From the NCBI RefSeq assembly GCF_009914755.1, contig NC_060940.1: a DNA stretch of 64,000 nucleotides. The stretch is one strand, 5' to 3'. Both the position numbers and the translations under genes were made by a program. The notes under the pieces were generated by a model. It saw only the letters and a program-made list of their open reading frames with translations, was not told where the DNA came from and searched no databases. This document shows, in pieces, positions 46,598 to 61,487 of this stretch (positions are counted from its first letter, which is position 1; every line of letters begins with the position of its first letter). The stretch comes from the human T2T-CHM13v2.0 reference genome, Homo sapiens.

Positions 46598-48763
46598 CCC
46601 TAATATCTAATATCTTAGACAAGGAGCAAAGAAACATGCACATTTTGACTCCCAAACTACATAGTGGGAAAAGAACAACTGTCCTAACAAGCTCAGTTGT
46701 CTGGATCAGGAATAATAAATAGTCCCTTTTACCAATTTTGATACAATTTTTAAGGGAAAACAGTTATAGAAACCTACTTTATTCAGGATTTGTGTTTTCA
46801 TACTATATCGTAGCATATTGAATATTGAATTAGTTTACCTCTACAAAACTTTTAACAACACATAAAATTCAGTTATTTCCCATGGAAAAAAATAGTGTTA
46901 ATTATACCCATGTAGTAAATTTCTTGAAATTCTGCATGCAATTATCAAACCTTAGCTGATCAGGAAAGAGACAGAGTTTTGGTCTATGAATTTATAATAC
47001 AAACACTATAAGAAAGCACTATTAATCACCTTATGTGGACTATAAAATAATTTCATGATATTACCAAATTTTGTCTCATTTAACAATACAGTTTAATCCA
47101 CAAGAAATTCAATTTGGAAATAAGTGCACAAGTCCTGTTTTCTGCTGCAGCAAGCGTGGGGGGACAGAGATAAGAGAAACAGGCACTGATTCTGATGACA
47201 GGAAGAGGATGATGTTGTAAAACGACTTCTGCTGAGTCATATGCCAGGGCTGCTATGAATCACCTTCAGTTTGTTGACAGTATGCTTTGAATTTGGCTCA
47301 GTTATCTAGCATGCTCTCCACCTCAACCAAATCTAATCCAGTTGGTCACCAGATGCAAGGAAACCAAAATGCAAGAGGAATCGCCACCATAGTCTCAGCC
47401 ACCTGAATTAGTATCTGTGGATCCTGGGAGACCACCACATGGAGACAAAGGGTGGGAAATTGAGGGGTTGGTGACACTAGTTTGCATTTTTAAAAAACTG
47501 AAAACAATGAGAGAGACTCACGCCATACTTACTGAATCATAATCTGTCTTTTAACAAGATCCCAGGTGATTGATCTGCAAATTAAATTTTGAGAAGCATG
47601 GATCTGTGATTCATTGGCAATTACCAACTGCACTCTCAGAAGAACAAGGTAAAGAAAATAATGCTCTTGGCTTTGTAATAGAGAAATGCATTTCTAGTCA
47701 CAGGAGAGAATATTCTGAAAAATAAATACAAATATATGCCAAGAATATAGGAAACCAACCAATTAAAAAAAAAAAAATGAACCGTAGACTGAGGATCCTG
47801 CTTTATGGAAAAGTCAAGTCAAGATGATCAGTCCCACATCTTATAGTTAAATAGCCTTGAAATGTGTCCTATGAGGGAGAAATAGCATTATAATGCTATG
47901 AGCCAATTCAGATATAGTTTAATTAAGTAATATGCAAGGTCATGGAGCGTGACGGGCAGAGTGATTTAGAACAGAATTAACTATGTCTTTTACTGGGGCC
48001 ATGCCTGGTTGTCATCTAACACTGCAGCATATAAACTCTAAGAAATGTTCTGGCATTGCAGATTTATCCCTGCAGCCAGAGGAGCTGAATTCTCTTTCCA
48101 AAGCCACAGAAACCCATCCCCTCTTTCTATTTTTAATCCTTTGCTGATTCTAGGGGCTTTCTACCAAGTAATTTGTTGCCAAACAGTTGCTCTCCTTGCA
48201 GCTGCCAAACAGACCAGCATTTGCAGCCTCGGGTTGTGTGTAGTGTTGGCTCTCTCCCCAATGTCATTTCCTACAAGGCGTTTCTTTCAACTGATGCATT
48301 AGGGTCTTTGAATGACAACATGAAATTAAATAGAAAATGACATTCATGAGAAAAGATGTTTCTTTCCAATAACTGAGACTCTCTACCCATCTGTCATTGC
48401 TTCCTTCTCTGTCTCATAGTTTTCTGCAAATCCCAAGCAGCTTGATACAAATATGATCACTAGAGGATTTTTATACATTAATGCAAATTATGAACTAGCA
48501 ACAATTAGGGCATTCTGCCCAGACTAGTTGATGCCCTTCTATAGGAGAGTGTATGTCAAGAGAGTACAACACCAAGCCATTTTCCTCTGAATCAGTTCAT
48601 CACTAAAATTATCATACAATATTTCAAATAAATTATTGCAAATGAATGGCTCTGTAATGAATTTGGTGACTTTTGTTAATTACAAAATTAAATTGAAACT
48701 TGAATACTAACAGCAAAAACATATCACACCTAAAAGGAGAGAAAGAGGGAAGAATGAATACAT

Positions 48764-48765
48764 GA

Positions 48766-48801
<36 letters not shown>

Positions 48802-48810
48802 TAGGTAGAC
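48764..48810. repeat. (GATA)n(GACA)n tetranucleotide repeat
   Basis: Seen directly. Confidence 0.95.
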
Positions 48811-48844
48811 AAATGCTGACTTCCTAAGAAAATGCCAAGAAATA

Positions 48845-49614
<770 letters not shown>

Positions 49615-50386
49615 AAATGTTAAAGATGCAGGTTACAAGATGCATTAAAGTGAGAAATTTTATTTTCAAGGAACTTAAAGTGTTTCAAGAACGAATATTT
49701 GAGCCCCTAAAAAAACAGTTTATACACAATTGAAAGATATGTGATAGGAATTGAGAGATAAAGATTAGCATAGGTATGAACTGATAAGACATAATTAAAA
49801 ACTAAAGAAGAATATTTACCTTGAAGAGAGGAAGAGGCAGATAAATATTTAAAGCAAGACACACAGGAAATCAATGTGGTGAAGCAGAAAATAAACACCA
49901 GTATTTTTAACCATTCATTAATTCAGTCAACAAACAATCATTAATCCTTTTCTCCTGGAAGAAAGACCACAACAGATCCAGGTCACTCCATTCCTACTCT
50001 TTAAGTTCTTATGTTATTTCTGCTGGGGAAAAGAAATTGCATGCACTGATGAATGAGAGGAACCTGCAATTCTACTGGCTACCCTTTCAGGCTATTTTAA
50101 GTAGGAAGCCATAGAGAAAATGCTGGCCATTGTTTTAAAGTTTGATTCCATAAAGACTTTAAAAGTGATTCATTTTGTCATTGGATTTTTCCTTTCACCA
50201 AATTATCATAGGTTACGTTACTATATAGACAAAATTGACATTAAATTTCTGGTTTCCACGGAAGCCATGATTAACAAATGTAAATGTTTTATAAACACAT
50301 AGGTCAAACTTATTTTCATTAATTTAAATGGACAAAGGCAAACATTATTTATAAAAGAGGATATCAAAATAGGCCAAAAAAGGTAT

Positions 50387-50909
50387 CATGGTAGGCTGAA
50401 TAATTCCACCTGCCTCCCCAAAGACAACTATATCCTAATTCCCATCACCTGTGCATATGTGACCTTACCTAGTAAAGAGACTTTACAGGCCCGGCTAAGT
50501 TAAGGGTCTTAAGGTAGGGAGATTATCCTGAATAATCTGATTGGGTCCAATAATCACAAAGAAGCTTAAGAGATAGAAGAAGGAGAGTCAGAATCAGAGA
50601 AGATGATATGATGACAGAAGCAGAGATCAGAAAGAAAAAGGAAAGAAAAGGAAGGAAGAGGAAGAAAGAGAGGAAGGAAGATGCTATGCTGCTGACTTTG
50701 AACACAAGGGAAGCAGCCAAGAGCCAATGAATGCAGACAGCCCCTAGAAGATAGAAAAGGCTCCTCTGGAGCCTCCAGAAAGAATGCAGTCTTGTTGGCA
50801 CCTTGATTTTTAGGACCTGTGACCTACAGGACTATCAGATAATAAATGTCTGCTCTTCGAAGACACTAAATTTTGGTGATTTGTTACAACAGCAATAGGA
50901 AACAATACG
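50387..50909 (+). mobile_element. MLT1D MaLR solo LTR
   Basis: atggtaggctgaataat...gggagattatcctg...ggagcctccagaaagaatgcag...tttgttacaacagcaataggaaacaatac. Confidence 0.88.
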
Positions 50910-51139
50910 AGTATGTAAAGAGGCATTTCATATTATTCACTGGCATCAAAATAAAAAATCACAAGGAGAAAAGAGTGCATTCACACCAGACTCAATAAAA
51001 ATGGTGAAAGCACTAAAAATGGCAAATAGAAAAGATGCGGGAGGCTATGGAACAAGAACACTCTTATGCTGCTGGTGGGAGTTTAAATTGGTGCAATCAC
51101 TGAGCCTAAATGGTTACTTTCATGACTGCCATTTACCTT

Positions 51140-51480
51140 CTCATTTACCTCTGGGCATGGTCATGTGCCTTGTGTGGCCAATGGGACATCAGCAAATTTA
51201 AGGTAAACAGAAGCTCAATAAATACTGGGGTACTGGGGCCATGTTGGAATGAGGCTGTTACCATGTGAGGAAGACCAGTTTCATCCCTGGGGTTATAGAA
51301 GTCCACACAGAGATGGAGGGACAAAGTCCAGCTCAACTGTTCTAGTGAAGCCCCTCCCTAGGCAATCTTACAGGCGTATGTGCAAAACCAGCAGAAGGAC
51401 ACATACACACAGCCTGCTCAAATAATTGTGAGAAATAACACATTGTTATTGTTTTAAGCCACTGAACTCAGAAGACTGGT
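51140..51480 (+). mobile_element. MLT1 (G/H-like) LTR fragment
   Basis: ggtcatgtgccttgtgtggccaatgggacatcagcaaat...aattgtgagaaataacacattgttattgttttaagccactg. Confidence 0.65.
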
Positions 51481-52803
51481 TTGTACTTTAGAATCATGTA
51501 AAGCTAAGGTGGGGAAAGCCCTAGTAACACCACTGGAAGTTACACCAAGTCAAGATGCAGACAGCTGGGAGTCCCTTGTGAAGTATCTCTGTTGGTTTAC
51601 CATAAAACGAGGGCCACTAGGGAACAATGGCCACTAGGGAACAATGCTCATGTTATCCCCACTCCCGAGCTTCCAAATGTTTTTAAGTAACTTTCTCGTA
51701 AGTGTGAGTAGATAGGCAATACCAGTGGACATTCAGATAAAGCTTCTATCATAACAACAGAGACAAAACCGAAACAAGAAAAAAATTGGTGCTTCGAGAA
51801 GAAAAGTAGAAAAAACAATGTCATTGATATCCTCAAAGCTATTGGAGGGGATATTTTATTGATGAAACAAGAACAGGAGAATATATTTAAAAAATACGTA
51901 AATCACTAAATACCTCTTGGAAATTATAATATGATAATAGAAATAACGCAAAAAGAAGTTTGAAAGATAAACCAAAGGAACTTTCCATTAAGATAGTAAA
52001 ACAACAATAACAATACCAAAGAAATAGAAAATAGAAAAGACAAGGAAATTTAAAAATCTATCCAGGAGATCCAAATTCAAGTAATATTTCCACAAATAAA
52101 AAATGGAAAAATTAAATGGAAGAAATTTTCAAAAAATCATTCAACAAATTTCCACAAAACTGACATGAATTTCCAAATTGAGAAGGCTCATCAAAACCCA
52201 GCACAAGGCATAAACCACATCAGGCAGGCAATCAAACAAGAATATTTCCAAGTGTCCAGAGGGACATGACTTCAATCTTTGAAAAGATTGAAAATCAACA
52301 TGGCATCAGGCTTCTCAAACACCAAAAAGAAAAGATACTGGAAAAATTACTTGAGAGTTCTAAGGGTAGATTATTTCCAATATGGAATTACAAACCAAAT
52401 GTGATCATGTTTTTAATATACACACGTGAAAGTTCTGGGTTTAGCTTTTGCTGAACTAGCACTTCAGCAGTGTATCAGACACTACTACCTGCTCTGTATT
52501 ACCAGTGAACAGGCTAAGTAAAAGCTGCACCCTGTCCAAGAAAAAAATGAACATAAAAAATGTTCTAGGCTGTGTACTCGTTTCCCAGTTAACATACTTA
52601 ATTTTATTTGTAACTCATGCTTTATTAATAACAATATTAAAGGTTTGCACTGAAAAGAGCAATGATCTACAACAGAATTTTCTATGTTCTAAATAAATTA
52701 TTCAAAAGAGTTAAGTTGAATTCCTACCAGTCAGAAGAAATGTTCAAATAAGTATCTTTCATGAGAAATGCCATTAGTCTATTGAACAGTGTATAGTAAT
52801 CTA

Positions 52804-54472
<1,669 letters not shown>

Positions 54473-55849
54473 ACAATGAGATCACATGGACACAGGAAGG
54501 GGAACATCACACTCTGGGGACTGTTGTGGGGTAGGGGGAGGGGGGAGGGATAGCATTGGGAGATATACCTAATGCTAGATGACGAGTTAGTGGGTGCAGC
54601 GCACCAGCATGGCACATGTATACATATGTAACTAACCTGCACAATGTGCACATGTACCCTAAAACTTAAAGTATAATAATAAAAAAAAGAAAGAAAAAGA
54701 AAAAAAAGAAGATAATTTATCATACAATGTGGTATTGTAATTGTTCCTTCATCAAATTAAGCAGATTAAATATACATTTTAATATTTCAGTTTTACAGTA
54801 GAAGATGTATGTTAGATGCATAGTTTGGATATATTTAAATATATTACTACATCGAAACATTCTGGAAGAAATAACCTTACCTTACCTTTTTTTTTTTTTT
54901 TTAACTCAGAACTGACAATGCAGTTTATTGTGAGTTGAAAATTCTCAATAAATGTAGACCGAATACCAGAATAAAAATTTAAAAATACTTTTCAATATAA
55001 TGCATTTGGGTAAGTGTGATGATAGATACTGGGCTAGAAAGTTAAACTGGATGAATTTATTTAACTTTCTATTTGGTATACTTAGATTTAAAATTATTTC
55101 CACTCTGGAATTCTATTACAGTACTACAAGTTGCAGTATCACAGGAATATCTGTATGATGCTTATAATCCATAAGGTCCTGCAAAATTTGGAGAAAGTCC
55201 TGGGAGACAAACAAAGTTGACCAATCTAGCAAAACTTGCCAAGTCTACCATGAACTAAATGCCAATACCTATGGTAGCAAACTCTCTCCCTCTTTCTCTC
55301 TCTCCCATCTTAGCACCTAGGAATGTTGTCTCAAAAAAAAAAAAAAAAGAAAAGAAAAAAAAGGGAATGAAGTCACCACTACAGTCCTTTGTAATCTGAT
55401 ATCAAAATTTTATGTTCTCGTTCACTTCATGCCAGCTTTAAATGTAACTGCTAGCAAGGGAACATTATACGTCTGTCTGCATGAAAAATTGACCACGTCT
55501 CCTTTATAATGCATTCCGAAGCTTTCTCACCTAAGAGTTATTTCTTTATTATTAATTCTGAGTCTCTGGTTGCCAGTCATGCCATGGGAATGGGAAATAA
55601 TAAGGCGGTATGTCCTCTTGCCCTGAATATCTTCTTATATGAGGCAGGCTGTGTACTTTCAGCCATTCTTTTTTCCCCCCCATTCTACTCCGGAGAACAG
55701 TGCATTGAAATAGAAAATATGTGTTGCTTATATTATACCTCATCTCATTTCCAGAAACAGACACCCCTGCTAGTTCCCAAAAGTTTTTGAGACAGCTCAG
55801 AAAATGTGAATAGAAGTGGAGAAAAAGCTGGAGAAAAAGAGATGCAATG

Positions 55850-56084
55850 ATTCAGAGCCTGCATATTGCAGGTGCTAAGCTAGACACTTTGTAATGTGTT
55901 TACTTTCATTTGTATTCTCTAATATTAAGAGGATTATGATTTTATTATCATTTCATAGATGACTCAGCTGTGACTCAGAATTTAAATAATTTCCTCAGTT
56001 CACATTGCAATTGACAAAGTCAGGATCCACAAACCAGATCACAGGTCCCAGGAAATAACTCTTTCTGCTCTGCCACACTGTCTC
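55850..56084 (-). mobile_element. MIR remnant
   Basis: caggtgctaagctagacacttt...tcatttcatagatgactcagctgtgactcagaatttaaataatttcctcagttcac...ctctttctgctctgccacactgtctc. Confidence 0.75.
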
Positions 56085-58148
56085 GGTAAGTCCCGTTTCT
56101 CTATTGTCCGCCCTTGTTCGTGGCTCACCAGCTAATCGAGTAAGAACCCAAAGGTTCTTTCACAAGAGTTTCACTGTTTAGAATTACTGGCAACGAACTG
56201 AAATCCACTTGACATAGCATACTTTGAACAATGATGTCCAAGCTTCATGTTTCAGAACCTTGACATTGGCCCAATAGCAAATACATATATATAAATATAT
56301 ATAAATATACATATAAATATATATATATATCTAAACACCTTAGAAAAATCAAAACGAGGTTGCTAATTTGCTGATTTCAATTCCCCATAAAGCTTTTAGA
56401 AAAATAACATAAATAATTACAAAGTCATAACTCAACAGCATTTAATTCATTTTATAAATACAGTACTCTCAGAAACATGTAAAATGTTCTCCACCCCTGT
56501 TTATATTCTCCTGCTCTCAAGAGACAATAAATAAACACGGTGTTCTGATTAAATTTCATGTTTTCTCTCCTTCGTTTCTGCTCTGTGCCGTGCCTTGCAA
56601 GGCCGACATCTCCAGGCTATAACTCCCAGGCTTTCTTAACCTCCGACTACCAAGTAGATTTAGCAGGAACAGGAACTGTGGGAGAAGGAAAAGTCAAGGG
56701 ATCATCTCCATTCCTGTTCCTTCCCTGCCAGATTATAACTTTGGCAGTCACTGCATTCCTTTATCCACAGCCCCTGACTTGGTGTGGCGGCTCCCCCTCT
56801 GCTCCAGCTTCCTTCTCACTCCAGTAACAGCTTCCCCTCCACAGATCTTCAGGCCTGACGGAGGTAGCTTTCTGCAGTTCTTTCTGCAGTTACTAGTCCC
56901 TTTGGTGATTTAACAGCATATCCTCAAGCTCTCTTCAATGGAGTCTGATTGTGATAACTGTATCCTGCAGAAAGCCCTGATTGTTTGAGCAATGAGTACC
57001 AGAGGTAGTCCCAAAGCACACCTTCCAAGTAAGATAACAGGATAGAGATGTCATATATTTCATCAATGCAGAGAATTCCTCCTCGAAGGGGAAAATAGAC
57101 CTTGGAAATCTGTGGCCTGCAGGGCCATCACTGTTACTCAATCCAAGATTGTTGGTAATGTGAGGTGAAGGTCAGGTAGAGGGCAAGATTGGTACTTAGT
57201 TACCAAAGCAACAGTGATATTCACCAAGATAATGAGGTGGGGAAACTATCCCTGACTGCCCTGGGAAATGTGCACATGGAGGGAGATGCTTGCAAAGCAT
57301 TGACTCATTAATTCATAGCTTTCATCATTGCAGCCTTGTCAGTCTTACAGTCTGATGTTCAACCATGTCTGTCCCGTAGAGCCAAATGTGCAACTTGTAG
57401 GTCTCTTATGCGAAGGTAAAGCCTTAGTTAAAAGAAGTAGAATCCTGACACTCGGGATACTGAATTAGGTAAAGCATACTTTTGAGGTTGAGTGCTCAGA
57501 AAGTTCAAATCCCTCTTTCACCATCAGAAGCAAATGAAGGAATAGAATATTAAATTTGAGCTACATTTATTTATCTGCATGTGCTTTCTTGGGATTTGGT
57601 ACTTAATAAGTTGACTCAAGCACCTGGAAAAGCTGTTAGCAGCCACCATGATTGATATTTAATTTTTTTATCAATGGACATCCACAATAAAGGTTAAAAT
57701 ATGAAATTTCCAAGGTAAATTGTGAATGAATGAGGCCAGCAGCTTGGGGAATTGACCTAATATATGCAAACTGCTCAGCCACCCCTCACTGTACCCTGCA
57801 AGGGACAGGATATGACTTTCAAAAGGGTTATAAATATTTCATTATGAGGTTAGCACTATCTTCTACAAGTTTTTCTGAGGCTACCCTCAATAATCAGAGG
57901 AACAGATGGCCTACTTCTTTGGCCATAAGGTGTGCTCTTTCTGTGGCTACCCGGGTGCTTGTTCAATTGTCCCATATATGAAATGGTCTTGGTAGCAAGA
58001 ATAAGCCTTTGCATGAGCCCAATAGCATGAATTTCTCCTCTCCATACCCGGTCTGGCTGCTACTAAAGCTAAATGTCAATCTCCCAACAGCAGAAGTCAA
58101 CACTAAAGTCTGATACGGCATCACTCCCCAGATGTGGCAGCCAGTTAC

Positions 58149-58510
58149 TGTAGTAGTCCATTTTCATACTGCTTTGGAGAAATACCTGAGACGAGGCAAT
58201 TTATAAAGAGAAAGGAGTTTAATGAACTCAGTTTCACATGGCTGGGGAGGCCTCACAATCATGGCAGAAGGTGAAGGAGTAGCAAAGGCACATCTTACAT
58301 GGCAGCAGGCAAGAGAGCTTGCACAGGGGAACTGCCCTTTATAAAACCATCAGCTCTCATGAGACTTATTCACTATCACGAGAACAGCACAGGAAAAACC
58401 CACCCCCATGTTTCAATTGCCTCCAACCAGTTCCCTCCCATGACACTTAAAGATTATGGGAGCTACAATTCAAGATGAGATTTGGGTGGGGACACATCCA
58501 AACCATACCA
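58149..58510 (-). mobile_element. THE1C/D MaLR solo LTR nested in the ERVL internal region
   Basis: tgtagtagtccattttcatactgct...ggggaggcctcacaatcatggcagaagg...gatttgggtggggacacatccaaaccatacca, 5-bp TSD gttac/gttag. Confidence 0.93.
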
Positions 58511-58745
58511 GTTAGAGGCAGGGTGGGGCTAACTTAGAGGCATGGGGGCTAACTTCCTCATGAAAACATACAACTGTCTTCTCAAAAAAAAAAGATATTG
58601 AGTCTGCGTATGGATTTTTCTTCCCTATTCACAAAGATTCTGCTAAAACCATAACATGTCTTTATCATCGTGGTATACTGAGCAATATCGCCTCTGCCCA
58701 AGGGACTTACTTTATGGTGAAGGTAGTACAGCAACAGGCTCACCC

Positions 58746-58807
58746 CACTGGTCTTACTTTGTGCCTTATTAGCACAAAGTAAGATAAGGCACAAAGTAAG
58801 ACCAGTG
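58746..58807. repeat. Perfect 24-bp inverted repeat with a 14-nt loop
   Basis: cactggtcttactttgtgccttat (58746-58769) is the exact reverse complement of ataaggcacaaagtaagaccagtg (58784-58807). Confidence 0.97.
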
Positions 58808-60159
58808 TATGTAATAGAATGATATAATGGCTACTGAAGACTCAGCCACAATGCAATTAGTGGGCCGTAACCAGCAAGGCTGATTGGCTTTCGTACAGGA
58901 TGCAAAGTGGTGTTAAACCAGCAGCTCTTATATGGTATCCTTGGTCAGGAAACTAATAGTTAAAATGGATATGAAAAATTTCGCTCTTATACCAGGTAGC
59001 CTTCTGATGCAATTTATATTTCTTGCTCCCGAAAATGCAAGCTTTGAGTGTCTGGAGAGGGCAGGTTATATTTCTGTTGACATATGACTGAATTCACATC
59101 CCTTGAAATAATACAGTAGTTAGTGAGGATTTTGTGTTTCCCCCACATTGGGGATGTAAGTTTTTTGGTTTTGTTTTGTTTAAAATTAAGTACAACAAGC
59201 AAAAGGCAATAATAGATTTAGAACTGAAATATGGGGGAACTGAGCTGGGAATTCTGTTTGCCTTCCCAGATGCACACTATTCTTTCTGAGTGTGTCTTGG
59301 AGGAGAAAATAGCCATTGGGCTCCCTCTCCCTTTGGCTTCAGTTTGGTCCTGACAATCCGAAGGTGAGAAGACAGGGTGGTTGGGATATTTATTCTACTG
59401 GCTCCCTGGCAACTAGGCTGTAGTTTGGCTGTGGCTGTCCACCTTCAGCCATAGCTCCTGTTACATAATGCTCTTGCCATTGCTGAAGCTTGTACAGCAT
59501 TCCAGACTAGCTCCTTCTTGCCCTCAGGCCTTGGAATGGTAAAAAGCTCTCCACTGTGACCCAGACTCTGAGAGATCCACCATTACCACTGCTTGCTTTT
59601 TAGCTTATCTGTACACCTGGTCTCTCCATTAAACTCTGTTCAATTCACTCAGAAAGTGCCATCTATTTCCTACCAGGAGGCTGACTGATATAGTTGTTGA
59701 GGCTGTGAATAGCAAGTCAGCTGTAAACAGTGTGATCCAAGACTTTGGGAATAACATACTCTCAGTTAGATATTACTACAAAATACTTCTTTTATGAGCT
59801 AAAAATGTTTATATCTTGGTATAAGGGAAGGCTTTATTTCTCCTAATTAAAGAGGCTAATGTTTGATACTGTGAATTTTATAATTATATGTTTATAATTC
59901 TTTGATCAATAAAAATGTTGGCTAATCATCTCCATGGTGGTTTGTACTAATGATACGCAGTGAAGAAGATCCCTACTTCTATAGAGTTTCCATTTTGGCA
60001 AGAAAATTTCAAAAAATAATGAACAAATAAGTACAGAGGATTTCTGGTGCTAGGAAAGGAATGAGTTGGGAGATGCCAGGAAGAGTAACAGGAGGAGGCT
60101 ACTCTAGCTCCGTGGGACAGCAGACATGTGGGAGCGGATTGGGTAGCCTCCCTCATATT

Positions 60160-60645
60160 CCCTTGTCTGCTTTAGTTCACATGTGTATGTCTCCATGTAA
60201 TCCATGAAAATGGCTCATCCCAGTCCCAGGAGGAAAATGTTGATGGCTTTAAGCCAGTCACGGTTATGCCATCCCCTGTACATTGAATCAGCCATGCCTG
60301 GGCATGAGACAAAACCCTATCCAATGAGAGGTACAGGGAAACCTTAGGGAAACCTGCAGGGCCTCTTCGTGGAAGTGTTTTGTCTTCCTAATAAAAAAAG
60401 ATATACAGAGATAAACGCCCCTTCTTCTCGGTGTGATTGTCACCATAAACGCCGGAGATGCTTGAAATTGCAGCAAACAACTTCCAATCAATCATAAAGT
60501 AACAATATTCTGTGTCCAGCCACATGCTGAGGATAGCAGAGCAGAAAGATGAACAGGGCCAGGTCCTGGATTGCACTTCTGGGCTGATAAACCTGGGACT
60601 TCCTTGTCCTTTAATTAAGCCACCCTTAGTTAGCTTAGAAGCATT
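60160..60645 (+). mobile_element. MLT1J/K-like LTR within an L2 remnant (L2 text at about 59945-60130 and 60650-60790, minus strand)
   Basis: taagccagtcacggttatgccatcccc...ccaatgagagg...atgctgaggatagcagagcagaaagatgaacagg. Confidence 0.6.
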
Positions 60646-61170
60646 TAAGATAGGTAAGACCTCACGGGAGCTGTCACATTTAAGTGGAGACCTGAAAGAT
60701 GAGAAGAAGCCAGCAGTTGAAGAAGGAATGGGCAGCATTCCAGAGGGAGGAAAAGATAGGGATAAAGACCTGGTGGCTGGCAATGGCAGTGTTAAAAGAT
60801 GCTAAATAGCACCAACTTAAACATATGCATGAATTGTGTCTATCAGAGGTAGCCCTAGCTTTTACTTACCTTCATATTTTATTTTCTAATATCCTTTCTC
60901 TAATATTTGTTATAATGTACATTTGGAAGGTGTCTTAGATAATTGGAAACTGAATACAAAATAGTATGGAAAGAAATCCCCCAAATTCCATGACGGCCCC
61001 AAGTTCAAATAGTATGTCCTTTCTTTCCACTATATTTTACAGAACTGGAATTCCAATGTTTGTTAGGAAAATATAATCACGAAATTATTTATTCATTTTA
61101 GATACCAAACCCAGTATCTGAGATCAATCTGACCCACTGGGTCATAGTCCAATAAACATAAGCCATATTT

Positions 61171-61465
61171 GGCTGGGCTCAGTGGCTCACACCTGTAATC
61201 CCAACACTCTGGAGGGCTGAGGCAGGCAGATCACTTGAGGTCAGGAGTTCAAGACCAGCCTGGCCAACATGGTGAAACCCCGTCTCTACTAAAAACACAG
61301 AAATCAGTCGGGTGTGGTGGTGCACACCTGTAATTGCAGCTACTCAGGAGGCTGAGGTGGGAGAATAGCTTAAACTGGGAGGCAGAGGTTGCAGTGAGCC
61401 GAGATCACACCACTGCCCTCCAGCCTGGGCAACAGAGGGAGACTGTGTCTCTAAAAATAAAAAAT
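61171..61465 (+). mobile_element. AluSx/Sz
   Basis: Full Alu: gatcacttgaggtcaggagttcaagaccagcctggccaacatggtg. Confidence 0.95.
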
Positions 61466-61487
61466 GTATTTTTTAATTAAAAAAATT

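Larger units (their letters stand above)
56560..59692 (+). mobile_element. Degraded ERVL-class provirus: LTR33-like LTR (about 56560-56930), internal gag/pol remnants, LTR33-like LTR (about 59245-59692)
   Basis: 58672-58716 translates GILSNIASAQGTYFM, resembling ERVL integrase GIPHSIASDQGTHFT, followed by cactggtcttac (HWSY). The 3' LTR ends attaaactc...gtgccatctatttcctaccaggaggctgactgatata. Confidence 0.7.

Noticed and set aside
54528-54549. G-quadruplex motif
   Set aside because: Standard feature of the L1PA 3'UTR.
60512-60805. 97-aa charged ORF
   Set aside because: Spans an MLT1/L2 junction, and the purine-rich repeat sequence explains its composition.
61130-61144. tgaccc-act-gggtca everted nuclear-receptor half-sites
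   Set aside because: A 7-bp-arm palindrome is expected by chance in 64 kb, and there is no supporting context.
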